Shown here piece by piece: positions 18,715 through 28,317 of a stretch of DNA of 64,000 nucleotides. Made by a program: the position numbers and the translations under genes. How positions within the stretch are numbered: position 1 is the stretch's first letter; the number at the start of each line of letters is the position of its first letter. This DNA is from Kiritimatiellia bacterium (lineage in GTDB: Bacteria; Verrucomicrobiota; Kiritimatiellia; RFP12; UBA1067). The notes below the pieces were generated by a model, which searched no databases, was not told the DNA's origin, and saw nothing but the letters and a program-made list of their open reading frames with translations. Where the stretch lies: contig JBMNFY010000017.1 in assembly GCA_050949565.1 (NCBI GenBank), forward strand, positions 1,312,001 to 1,376,000. Direction: 5' to 3'.

Positions 18715-19479
18715 ATGCTTGCTACGCGTGTCATTCGTTTTGTGCTTTTGGGCCTGTTCCTGCCCGGATTCGTGCTGTTTGGGAAAGAGCCGACCGACCT
18801 GCAACTCTTTCTGCTGATCGGCCAGTCCAACATGGCGGGGCGCGGCAAGGTCGAAGCCGCCGATCAAGTGCCGCATCCGCGCATCCTGATGCTCGACAAA
18901 AACAATGCCTGGGTGCCTGCTATGGACCCCGTACATTTCGACAAGCCTAAAATCGCGGGCGTGGGCCTCTGCTCTGAGTTCGCGCGCTGTGTCGTTGCGG
19001 CGGAACCGCAGACTGTCGTAGGGCTCGTGCCCTGCGCATTTGGCGGCACGACGCTGGATCAGTGGCGTCCGGGATCGGCGCTTTACACCAACGCGGTGGC
19101 CCGTATGCGCGCGGCCATGCAGAACGGACGATTGCGGGCGATTCTGTGGCATCAGGGCGAGGGAGATAGTTCGGCGGCCAAGACCGCGACATATCCGGTG
19201 CGTTTCAGCGCAATGATCGCGCAGCTGCGCAGCGACTTGAACGCGCCTGACGTGCCGGTACTGGTGGGTGAGTTGGGACATTATCGCGACGCCTATGCCG
19301 GCTTCAACGCGATGCTACCGCAGGCGGTCCAAGCAGTGCCGAACAGCGCGCGTGTCTCTTCGGAGGGACTTGGCGCGAACAACGATAACGTACATTTCAA
19401 TCGCGAGGCGTTGATCACATTCGGGCGGCGCTATTTCGAAGCGTACGAGAAACTGCGAAAAGCCGCCGGGCAACGTTGA
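18715..19479 (+). CDS. Sialate O-acetylesterase / CE6-like SGNH esterase
   Basis: GQSNMAGRG, CAFGGT, ILWHQGEGD, DNVHF; signal peptide. Confidence 0.9.
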   Translation: MLATRVIRFVLLGLFLPGFVLFGKEPTDLQLFLLIGQSNMAGRGKVEAADQVPHPRILMLDKNNAWVPAMDPVHFDKPKIAGVGLCSEFARCVVAAEPQTVVGLVPCAFGGTTLDQWRPGSALYTNAVARMRAAMQNGRLRAILWHQGEGDSSAAKTATYPVRFSAMIAQLRSDLNAPDVPVLVGELGHYRDAYAGFNAMLPQAVQAVPNSARVSSEGLGANNDNVHFNREALITFGRRYFEAYEKLRKAAGQR

Positions 19480-19488
19480 GCTTGCGTT

Positions 19489-20547
19489 ATGTCTCACACC
19501 GAAAAAAAGATGTTGTGGTGGGGGCGGTCGGATCCTGAGTACTCGCGGAACGGCGTGCTGCGTCAACACTTGCGGGCACTCGGTTGGGAGATCGCGGACT
19601 TTTCTCCGAGGGTTTCGTCTCTGGGTGACATCGAGGCCGCGCTGCGTCGACTGCCTCGGCCTGACGTCGTGTGGGTGCCGTGTTTCCGTCAGCGCGACGT
19701 GTCGGCCGCACGCCGCTGGTGCGACCGCAAGGGTGGTGTGCCGCTGGTGTTTGATCCACTGATCAGCGCGTACGACAAGCAGGTGTGGGAGCGTTTCAAA
19801 TTCAAGGAGGGCGACAGCGGTGCGAAGCGTTTGCTGGCGTGGGAGCGCGCCTGTTTCGCCAAGGCCGACCGGGTGCTTGCCGATACCGCGAGCCACGTCG
19901 CGTATTTCGCAGAGACGCTGGAGGTTCCGCGCGAGAAGCTCCACTTGGTTTACGTCGGCGCGGATGAGACACTTTTCCGGCCCGCGCCGGCGCGGACGCC
20001 GGGCGCGCCGATTGATGTGCTTTTTTACGGTAGTTTCATTCCGCTGCACGGCGCGCATACGATCATCGAGGCCGCGCGCATTTACCAAGGACCGCCTGTC
20101 CGCTGGTGTCTGCTGGGCGATGGCCCGGCAAAACCGGCGTGTCAGCAGGCAGCCGATACGTTGCCGAACGTCGTATTTGAAGCGCGCATTCCGTACACTG
20201 TGTTGCCGGAACGCATCCACCGTGCCGACATTCTGCTCGGTGTGTTTGGCGAGACGCAGAAGGCTGGACGCGTGATCCCCAACAAAGTGTTTCAGGCGCT
20301 GGCATCGGGACGGCCTGTGGTGACGCGCGTGTCGGAGGCATATCCGGCGGCGGCGCGGCAGAGTGAGGCGATGGCCTGGGTGCCGCCCGGTGACGCGCAC
20401 GCCTTAGCCGACGCGGTGGCGGCGTGGGCATCGGAGCCGGCACGGCTTGCCGCGCGTAACCAAGCCGCACGCGACCTCTACGAAAGCTGCTTTGCGGCGA
20501 CGGTGGTTCGTGAGCAACTCGCGGCGGCGTTGGACGGACTAGGTTAA
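19489..20547 (+). CDS. Glycosyltransferase family 4
   Basis: FYGSFIPLHG, IPNKVFQALASGRPVV. Confidence 0.88.
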   Translation: MSHTEKKMLWWGRSDPEYSRNGVLRQHLRALGWEIADFSPRVSSLGDIEAALRRLPRPDVVWVPCFRQRDVSAARRWCDRKGGVPLVFDPLISAYDKQVWERFKFKEGDSGAKRLLAWERACFAKADRVLADTASHVAYFAETLEVPREKLHLVYVGADETLFRPAPARTPGAPIDVLFYGSFIPLHGAHTIIEAARIYQGPPVRWCLLGDGPAKPACQQAADTLPNVVFEARIPYTVLPERIHRADILLGVFGETQKAGRVIPNKVFQALASGRPVVTRVSEAYPAAARQSEAMAWVPPGDAHALADAVAAWASEPARLAARNQAARDLYESCFAATVVREQLAAALDGLG

Positions 20548-21431
20548 GTTAAATAGGGCACCAGTTCATCGAGCGCGAGCCGGATGTCGAGGTGGTCGTA
20601 GAAGCGTCGGCACTCGCGCACATTCTCGGTCGGGGGTTGGCCGTCCGGATAGTAGACGGTGTCGAAGACCGTACGCGACCAAGGGCCGAAGGGCGCGGAG
20701 CGCACCCAGTTGGTGGCACCGAAGAGGCCGATCGTCGGGGTCTTCATCACGGCGGCGATCTGCATTGCCGCAGAGTCAGTGGACACCGTCAGGAATGCGC
20801 CGGCGAGCAGGTGTTTGAGCTGTTGGATAGAGGTTTGTCCCGCGCGGTTTTCGCAGTGTCCGACGAGTTGTCCCGCGAGGTGTGTGACATATTCACGCTC
20901 GTCGGGTGCGCCGGTCAGCACAAACGGCAGGCCGAAACGTTCATGCAGCACGGTGCTGATCTCACGCCACTTGGCATCGGGCAGACGCTTAGAGAGCCAG
21001 TTGGGCGAGCTGCCCGCATTGAGCACGATGTAGTCGCGCGGCTTGGACGTGAAGGTCAGATCGAGCGGACCCAACAGACCGGTGGGCTCCATGATCGCGC
21101 GCCAGGCTTCCTGTGCGGAGAGCACATGCGCCTTGAAGCGGCGCTCGGCGATCTGGCGCGCTCCTGAAAGACGCGTCAGGAAGCGGCTACGGTCATTACT
21201 CTGTAGGTCGATCAAGAGGTCGAGCCGCTGACGGCGCATATCGCGCACGAAGCGTCCCATCGAGCGCAGCCGCTTGTCGCGCAGGACAACGAAGCTCTCG
21301 AACTCATCCTGATACAGTGCCTGGCCGAGGGGCATGGTCAGTACCACCGGTTTGATCGTCAGTGCGCGGATGAACGGCAGGGCCAGCGCCAAGTCGCCCA
21401 GTGCGCTAAGTCTAAGGACAGCGATTTTCAT
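20544..21431 (-). CDS. Glycosyltransferase family 9 (heptosyltransferase-like)
   Basis: LRLSALGD, DLQSNDRS, STDSAAMQIAA, IGLFGAT. Confidence 0.9.
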   Translation of the reverse strand: MKIAVLRLSALGDLALALPFIRALTIKPVVLTMPLGQALYQDEFESFVVLRDKRLRSMGRFVRDMRRQRLDLLIDLQSNDRSRFLTRLSGARQIAERRFKAHVLSAQEAWRAIMEPTGLLGPLDLTFTSKPRDYIVLNAGSSPNWLSKRLPDAKWREISTVLHERFGLPFVLTGAPDEREYVTHLAGQLVGHCENRAGQTSIQQLKHLLAGAFLTVSTDSAAMQIAAVMKTPTIGLFGATNWVRSAPFGPWSRTVFDTVYYPDGQPPTENVRECRRFYDHLDIRLALDELVPYLT

Positions 21432-21534
21432 GTGTTTACGGTATCAAAGGGTGTCCGGATCGTTATTCACTTCTCCAACCCTCATAGAAAGCTGTAGTAT
21501 ACCGGGTGCCCCAGCTTCGGGCAACTGTTGGTTA

Positions 21535-22836
21535 CTATCGCTTCCTCCTGCGCAGCAGACGGTGGAGCGTTACGGCATAAAATCCCAGAAACGCGATAAA
21601 GGTCAGGATCGTCAACTTCTGGCAGGTCGGCACATACGGCGCGAACGGTAACAGCTTGAAGCGGTGCGCCAGCAGAAATGCCTCCAAAACCGCCACCTGG
21701 GCACAACACCAGATCAGCCAGCTCCAGCGGACCGTAGCGCTGATGCGTGGACGGGACTGGCGGACGGTCAGCAAAATCAGTGCTGGCGCGCCACCTCCCG
21801 CTGCGGCGAAACAACCGACGTTGTGGTAGAACCCGTTCACATTTTCGGGGATGAAAGCGATCGTCAGTAGGCCGGCCGCAGTGAGCGCGCACCCCCAGAG
21901 CAAGCCGGCTTTTTTGCGTGCGCCTTTGACGAAACAGGCCAGCGCGGGAGAGAAGCGAAAAACCGCCCAGGCGCTGAGTGCCATACCGGCGGTGAACAGA
22001 TAGTGGCAGGCCGGATAGTCGACACCGTTGAGGCGCGTGCGCCCGAGCGTGCTCAACATACGCATGCAGGGGTTGTATCTCACCTTGCCGGGATAGAGCG
22101 CCGCCGCGCTCAAAAAGAGCAGCAATATGATGGTACCGCCCATAAACACGACATACGGCGTTGCGCGAAGCTGACGCAAACGGGCGGAGGGGCGTGGTGC
22201 ACACCCGCAACGCAGGATCGCCACTGCAATCAGCGCCAGGCTGGCGAGATAGGTGACGCCCACCATCTTTGACAGGTGCGGTACGCGCAAGATCCGACCG
22301 AACACAATCATCGCGTCAGAGAAAAACAACATGCCTAGACCGTAGTTCCAAGCTCGGGAAAGCCGGTGGGTACCGCATGCAATCGAGACGCTGAAAATCG
22401 AGAGCAGCGCATACGCGCTCAGTGCCCAGGCCAGGCGGGGCGACGCCAATGCCGGTATCACACGCGCTGCGAAGAGCACGCCGAGGCTGAACGCCAGACC
22501 AAACGCGAGGCGCGGATTCCACGTTGCATGTTGTCGCAGAAAGGCGATCCAGCAGAGGTGCGCTAACGCAAACCCCGCCACGCCGTACAAAAAACCGTCA
22601 GAGTGGAGCGGTGCCCCGCGCACCGCCAAAAAATAATCGCCGAGCATCGTGGCCGCCAGCCCGCACCACGCCAACCAATACGAACGGCACGGGCGACCAC
22701 CCCGCATGATCGCGACAGCCGTCACCAGCAGCAACAACATCGTGAAGCTCAACAGCCAAAGATTCGCCACAAACAACGATTCCTCCAGATTGACGTGCCC
22801 CACATCGTACCATACCCGGCGGTACCCCTCAAACAA
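21535..22836 (-). CDS. Membrane protein: YhhN/lysoplasmalogenase-like N-terminal half fused to a DUF998-like C-terminal half; start uncertain
   Basis: LGDYFL, GFALAHL and FFSD motifs, then YNPCMRMLSTLG...PENVNGFYHN; many transmembrane helices. Confidence 0.65.
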   Translation of the reverse strand: MFEGYRRVWYDVGHVNLEESLFVANLWLLSFTMLLLLVTAVAIMRGGRPCRSYWLAWCGLAATMLGDYFLAVRGAPLHSDGFLYGVAGFALAHLCWIAFLRQHATWNPRLAFGLAFSLGVLFAARVIPALASPRLAWALSAYALLSIFSVSIACGTHRLSRAWNYGLGMLFFSDAMIVFGRILRVPHLSKMVGVTYLASLALIAVAILRCGCAPRPSARLRQLRATPYVVFMGGTIILLLFLSAAALYPGKVRYNPCMRMLSTLGRTRLNGVDYPACHYLFTAGMALSAWAVFRFSPALACFVKGARKKAGLLWGCALTAAGLLTIAFIPENVNGFYHNVGCFAAAGGGAPALILLTVRQSRPRISATVRWSWLIWCCAQVAVLEAFLLAHRFKLLPFAPYVPTCQKLTILTFIAFLGFYAVTLHRLLRRRKR

Positions 22837-22908
22837 CTCGCAGCAACAGCATGTTCAGAAAATCACAAAAGTAATAAACTGAACATAAAAGCCTCAGGAT
22901 GTGGTACA

Positions 22909-22955
22909 GCCCGCCAGCCAGCGGCCAGCGCAACGCTGGCCGCTGGCTGGCGGGC
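22909..22955. repeat. Perfect 22-bp-stem hairpin
   Basis: GCCCGCCAGCCAGCGGCCAGCG-CAA-CGCTGGCCGCTGGCTGGCGGGC. Confidence 0.85.
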
Positions 22956-23102
22956 GCGCGCTTCCTTCAGGTGCTGAATGAAGGTCATTTTGGCATGAGG
23001 GAGGGGGCTTGGCAAGGCTGAACCGGCTCAGAGCAGGGAGCCGGGCTGCGCAAGGGCACAGCAAGGCCGGCCCTTCCCAATCAGCTTGGTTACACTGCGG
23101 CC

Positions 23103-24125
23103 ATGCTGGAGGGGGCCTTGGTGGCCACCAGCGGCGCACCTGCCTCCGTTTGGATCTACTGGGGCAGCACTGACGGTGGTGAGAATGCCGATGCTTGGGA
23201 ACATGTGGTCGCGCTGGGCACACGGGAGGCGGGACTGGTCTGGACCGAGGTCGCAGACCTTGCGGAGAACACCACCTACTACTACCGCCTCTTCGCATCG
23301 AACAGTTTCGGCGGGCGTTGGACGGGTACATCGGTCCGGTTCACGACGGCCTTCGAAACGCCCAGTGTCAAGCGCAACGGCTTGGTGCTCTGGCTGCGAG
23401 CCGATGCGGGTGTCCAGCACAGCAACGGCTGGGTACACGCCTGGGCCGATCAAGCGACGGATGTCGGCGGAGCGAATGATGCCGCCGCAGTCGGCAACTC
23501 CCGTCCCCTGTTCGTGCCGGAAGGTGTCGATGGACGCGCCGCGATCCGTTTTGACGGCACCGATGACTTCCTTGCGGTTCCCGACCACGATGCGCTCGAT
23601 CTGGGCACCGGTGCCGGTAAGGGCTGGACCGTCCTCACCGTGTATCTCCGCGAGAAGAATGGCACTCAGTACATCGTCTCCAAAGGCGGGCCAGAATCGG
23701 ATAAGACCGATTGGCGGCTCTTCTCCGAAGATGCGGGCGTGGTATGGGGTTCAGGCGCGTCATCAGATTCTAACGCATGGTTCCGGGTTGCAGAGCCTCC
23801 AGCCAATCAGCCGCACCTGTTGGCTGCCACGCTGACACAGACCGGAGAGACCGAGGGGACAAAAGTTTTCTACATCAACGGTCAACCGCATCCCTCAGGT
23901 CTGTATGCGGCTAAGGCATCAGCCAACGACCATCCGATGGTCATCGGCGGATTTGCCGCGTCTAGCGGCAACCTAGGTGGTCTTGTCGCCGAGGTCTTGG
24001 TCTTCAACCGTGTCTTGAACGAAGATGACCTCAATAACGCGGGCTGGTATCTGCAACAGAAGTACGGCATAAACGGGGCGTTTGAATACCGTGCGCCACG
24101 CGGCACGTTGCTCCAGCTCCGATAA
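23103..24125 (+). CDS. Fibronectin-like plus LamG/ConA-like domain protein, apparently 5'-truncated
   Basis: VWIYWGSTDGG, TTYYYR, LVLWLRAD, IRFDGTDDFL, VAEVLVFNRVL; ends RGTLLQLR; no signal peptide; in-frame stop at 23019. Confidence 0.7.
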   Translation: MLEGALVATSGAPASVWIYWGSTDGGENADAWEHVVALGTREAGLVWTEVADLAENTTYYYRLFASNSFGGRWTGTSVRFTTAFETPSVKRNGLVLWLRADAGVQHSNGWVHAWADQATDVGGANDAAAVGNSRPLFVPEGVDGRAAIRFDGTDDFLAVPDHDALDLGTGAGKGWTVLTVYLREKNGTQYIVSKGGPESDKTDWRLFSEDAGVVWGSGASSDSNAWFRVAEPPANQPHLLAATLTQTGETEGTKVFYINGQPHPSGLYAAKASANDHPMVIGGFAASSGNLGGLVAEVLVFNRVLNEDDLNNAGWYLQQKYGINGAFEYRAPRGTLLQLR

Positions 24126-24150
24126 CGAAGTATGAGAAGAAAGAGAAAAC

Positions 24151-25826
24151 ATGAAGGCTTTTTTCGTGCGGGGAGTACTCGTCGGCGTGTTGTGTGTTTT
24201 GTCGGTGGACGCGGAAGAGGCGGTCTTTGTGAAGGCTGGCAAAGCGTCGGGGCTTTGCGTGGCGACCACTGACGCGACATGGAAGGAAGCCGAGGGCATG
24301 GTGGTGCTGCGCCATCCGAACGCCCTGTTTTACGGAGACCGCATTCCGGAGGGAAATGATATCGTCGTCCGGATCAAGATGTCGGTCGAAGGGCTTGAGC
24401 GTTCGGCCGCCTCCATCGTCATTGATGAGCGTCATCACATCGGACTTGAGGGCGCGTCGGGCAAAATGTTCACGGGAGGGCCGTTGTTTTCCGGTGAAAA
24501 GCTGGAACGTGATCCTCCGGCGGGCATCCGCGACGGAAAGGTGTTTGAACTGCTCATCGTGCATCGCAACGGCGAACTCATCGTGACGGTCGCAGGCGAG
24601 ACGGTCATTCACATGCGTGACGGACGTACGCGGTTCGGCTCCGTGGCCTTGCGGCCGTGGCGCAGCACAATGAACGTGGCGGATTTTTCAATCACCGCGC
24701 CGGCCTTTACCTCTGCAACTGAAGTCGTGTCGCGCGAAGCTCGTTGGAGGGCAGAGGCCAAACTGCCGCTGGTCGATCTGTCACAAGACCAGACGCGTCA
24801 GGTGGTGGTTGCTGCCGGCACGCCGGAGGTGTACCAGGGGCATCCGACCACCGTATCGCTGCCGGACGGGCGGACGATCTTCTGCGTGTGGTGCATCAAT
24901 CACGGCGGTGCGGCCGGTCCCATGGCGCGTAGCCGCGATGGCGGCCGTACTTGGGAGCGGCTGGACGCACGCATGCCGGAAGGTTACCGGACGCATCAAA
25001 ACTGTCCCAGTATCTACCGGTTGGTCGACGGCGCAGGGCAAGGCACGGCTGTGGGTCTGGTCTGCGGCCAAAGATACGCGCCAAGGTCCGCCGATGCCCA
25101 GCATCATGAGTGAGGATGACGGTGAAACATGGCGGGAGATGCCGCCGCTGGGTGAGGCGTTTTATTGCGTGATGACCTTCAGTAGCATGGTGCGGCTGAA
25201 TGACGGTCGTTATCTGGGGCTGTACCACCGAGGAGAGGGAAAAGGTGAAGGACGCACGTATCAGGAGGTCATGCAAACGCAGAGTAGCGACGGTGGCTTT
25301 ACATGGTCACCTCCTCGCTCGGTCGCGCGCGTGGCAGACAAAACGCCGTGCGAACCCTTTGTGTTCCGTTCGCCCGACGGTGACGAGCTGTGTTGCCTGA
25401 TGCGCGAAGACACCCACACGGGCTACAGCCTGCAGATGTTCAGCCGCGACGAAGGCGCGACGTGGAGCACGCCGACCGATACGGCGTGGGGACTGACCGG
25501 TGACCGCCACATGGGCGTCCGGACGCAGGACGGACGGATGGTTATCCGCGTTCCGAGACTGCGCGCCGCACTCACCCTCCAAGGGTCATTTCGTGGCGTG
25601 GGTTGGCACCTACGATGACATCCGGCAAGGTCGCCCTGGCCAGTATCGCGTCAAGTTGCTGCACGGCTACACACTTTTTGATCTTGGGTATCCCGGAATG
25701 GAACTGTTGCCGGACGGCACAATCGTCGCGACGACCTATCTGAAATATTGGAATGACGCGCGCAAACACTCCGTCGTCAGTACACTTTTCAAACTTGCCG
25801 AAACGGATGCCTTGTTGCGGAAGTAA
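24151..25826 (+). pseudogene. BNR/Asp-box sialidase-like protein with two +1 frameshifts
   Basis: Three overlapping ORFs join into one protein if single extra bases at about 25031 (G) and 25547 (C) are removed; Asp-boxes [32 protein letters not shown]. Confidence 0.8.
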
Positions 25827-25863
25827 CGATCACTGCGGTACACTTAACGACGAAAGGATACTT

Positions 25864-27015
25864 ATGCATCTCTCATTCTCAAAACTTTTCTTGGCTGGAT
25901 TGATCGTCGTGGGTGCGGCATACGGCGGCGGGTTTGCCACGTCCGCTAAGCTAGAGCATTTCTTGGGTGAACCGCTCTGCGAGCCGGCCCAGACGCTTTG
26001 GCAGGGACGCGGAGGCTGGGGCGGCATTGTGGCCGCTCGCGACGGTACGCTGGTTGTCTTTCAATCGCCCGGCGGCGGCACCTGTCGGCGTAGTCGGGAT
26101 GGCGGTCGCACGTGGGATGCGGAGATCCTGCTTGCGCCGGACGCGAAGAACGGCAACGCGCTGGTAGACGAGACCAATGGCGATCTGCTCTACATCAATC
26201 CCTGCGAGGGCTGGCTGTTCCGCAGTCGTGACAACGGGGCCACATGGACGCGCGAAACGTGCGAACTCCGGCCCGATGGCTTTGGCCTGAAACCGGGGCT
26301 GGAAGGGGTCGGTGCCATGCAGGCCGGCATCACGCTTGCATTCGGCGCGCGCAAGGGGCGCCTGCTCTCGCCGGCCCGTATCATGGGACCCAAAAACTCG
26401 AACGATGTGCCGTGGCGTCCCTACCACTACAGCACCGCGCTTTTCAGTGATGACGGTGGCAAGGTGTGGCAGACCAGTAAACCGTTCCCGGTGATGGGAA
26501 CCGGCGAGGCCGCGCTGGCCGAACTGTCCGATGGGCGCATCCTCTACAATTCGCGCGAGCACATGAGTCCGGGCAACCGCTTTTTCGCATGGAGCCATGA
26601 CGGCGGCGAGTTGTGGATCAACGCATCGCGCAGTCCAGACCTGCCCGACGGCGTGAGGGGCTCCTCGTACGGTTGCATGGGCGGCATGCTGCGCCTGCCG
26701 ATCGCCGGGCGCGACATTCTCATCTACAGCAACCTCGATACCGATGCGGGAGAGATGCCGCGTCAAGTCGGTGCTTCCACCAGCAAAGGACGCGAGAAGG
26801 TGAGCGTGTGGGCGAGCCTTGACGGCGGTGCCACATGGCCGGTGAAGCGTCTGGTGTATGACGGTCCGAGTGCCTATTCCAACCTGGGAGTCGGACGCGC
26901 CGGAACACCGAGCCAAGGCCGGATCTTTCTGGTCTTCGAAGCGGGTGCCAAACAATGCTACGAATCGGTGCGGGTCGTCGCGTTCAATCTGAGCTGGCTG
27001 CAGAATACGAAGTAA
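25864..27015 (+). CDS. Sialidase-like (GH33-type) BNR-repeat protein
   Basis: Five Asp-boxes, GEAALAELSDG, GPSAYS; signal peptide; GAAAGGA RBS. Confidence 0.85.
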   Translation: MHLSFSKLFLAGLIVVGAAYGGGFATSAKLEHFLGEPLCEPAQTLWQGRGGWGGIVAARDGTLVVFQSPGGGTCRRSRDGGRTWDAEILLAPDAKNGNALVDETNGDLLYINPCEGWLFRSRDNGATWTRETCELRPDGFGLKPGLEGVGAMQAGITLAFGARKGRLLSPARIMGPKNSNDVPWRPYHYSTALFSDDGGKVWQTSKPFPVMGTGEAALAELSDGRILYNSREHMSPGNRFFAWSHDGGELWINASRSPDLPDGVRGSSYGCMGGMLRLPIAGRDILIYSNLDTDAGEMPRQVGASTSKGREKVSVWASLDGGATWPVKRLVYDGPSAYSNLGVGRAGTPSQGRIFLVFEAGAKQCYESVRVVAFNLSWLQNTK

Positions 27016-27085
27016 CGCCCAACGCCGACCATCGAACGCCCAACGCCGAACTCGGAAGTATGGAAGCCGGAAATCCCGAAACCAA
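27014..27085. repeat. 7-mer tandem repeats at the gene 3' end
   Basis: AACGCCC AACGCCG ACCATCG AACGCCC AACGCCG AACTCGG, then degenerate units. Confidence 0.75.
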
Positions 27086-27120
27086 ATTGCATTCGCGGCG
27101 GGGGGAGAGTATGATGAGCG

Positions 27121-28317
27121 GTGATGTCAGGCAGTAGAATCGATAAGCGTGTTTGGAGAAAGTGGGGGAGGCGGGTGGTGCGCACTGTGGCTCTCGTGGC
27201 GGCGGCCGCGTGCGCTTGGCCGCGTCGTGAGCCGGTGTGGCTGGCGGGCGTGGTGCCTGCGCTCAGCCCATTCAATGCTTTGGTAACGTTAGTGGCCGGT
27301 GTCGGCGGGGCCTTTTTGCTGGGTGCGCTTGTGCCTGCGCTGATCAGCGTGATCTGGCCGCGCGCCTTCTGTCGGTGGCTGTGTCCGACCGGAACCTGTC
27401 AGGATGCGCTGGCCGGCTGGGTGCCGCGGCGCAACTGGGTCTCGCGTGTGCCGCGCGTGGGGCTGTGGCTTGTTATGCTGGCGGTTGGTGCGGCGCTGGC
27501 AGGGTATCCGCTCTTCGGTTGGCTTGATCCGTTGGTGATTTTCAATGCGGCGTTCGGTGCGGCGCGGCGTCGGCTTGAGCTGCGCGACTGGCTTGCGGCG
27601 GCTGGCTTGCCTGCGCTGCTGCTGCTCGCGTTTCTCGCTCCCGGACTCTGGTGCGGCCGACTCTGTCCGCTGGGGGCCTTGCAGGACCTGATTCGTTTTC
27701 CCTTCAGGCTGCGGATGTTGGTGGATAAGACGGCGCGACGCCGCGAAAGTGCCGCACTGGGACGCCGCGCGTTTTTGGGTCTCGGATTGGGCGCTGGCTA
27801 CCGTCTGGTTCTGCGCCCCGTACGTGGCGGCACTTCGGAGGCGGCGATCCGCCCGCCGGCCAGTACGGGTGACGCGCGTTTCACGCGGCTCTGCACGCGC
27901 TGCGGAGCGTGCGTGCGGAGCTGTCCCAACGGCATCATTCGTTTCGGCGGCGTCGGCAACGGCTGGGCCGGCGTGCTGGCGCCGGAGGTGACGTTTGATA
28001 ACGGCTATTGCCCGCCTTCCTGCACCCGCTGCGGCCAGGTCTGCCCGAGCGGTGCGATTCCGCGTTTTACGCGGGAAAATAAGTATGTGCGCCCGATGGG
28101 AACGGCGCGCGTGGATGAGGATCATTGCTTAATGATTTCCGGCCGCGAGTGCGGTGCCTGTGTTGGAGCGTGCCTGCACGGTGCGCTCGACATGGTCTGG
28201 GATGCTGAAAACATGACGAGCCGAATCATCATTGATGCTGCACGCTGCACCGGATGCGGCTGTTGCGAGTATGTCTGTCCGGCCTCGACCCAAAAAGCCA
28301 TAAGGATTCGCGCATGA
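27121..28317 (+). CDS. Membrane polyferredoxin (NapH/MauN-like plus NapG/NapF-like 4Fe-4S domains)
   Basis: RAFCRWLCPTG, WCGRLCPLG, CTRCGACVRSCP, CTRCGQVCP, CGACVGAC, CTGCGCCEYVCP. Confidence 0.88.
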   Translation: MMSGSRIDKRVWRKWGRRVVRTVALVAAAACAWPRREPVWLAGVVPALSPFNALVTLVAGVGGAFLLGALVPALISVIWPRAFCRWLCPTGTCQDALAGWVPRRNWVSRVPRVGLWLVMLAVGAALAGYPLFGWLDPLVIFNAAFGAARRRLELRDWLAAAGLPALLLLAFLAPGLWCGRLCPLGALQDLIRFPFRLRMLVDKTARRRESAALGRRAFLGLGLGAGYRLVLRPVRGGTSEAAIRPPASTGDARFTRLCTRCGACVRSCPNGIIRFGGVGNGWAGVLAPEVTFDNGYCPPSCTRCGQVCPSGAIPRFTRENKYVRPMGTARVDEDHCLMISGRECGACVGACLHGALDMVWDAENMTSRIIIDAARCTGCGCCEYVCPASTQKAIRIRA

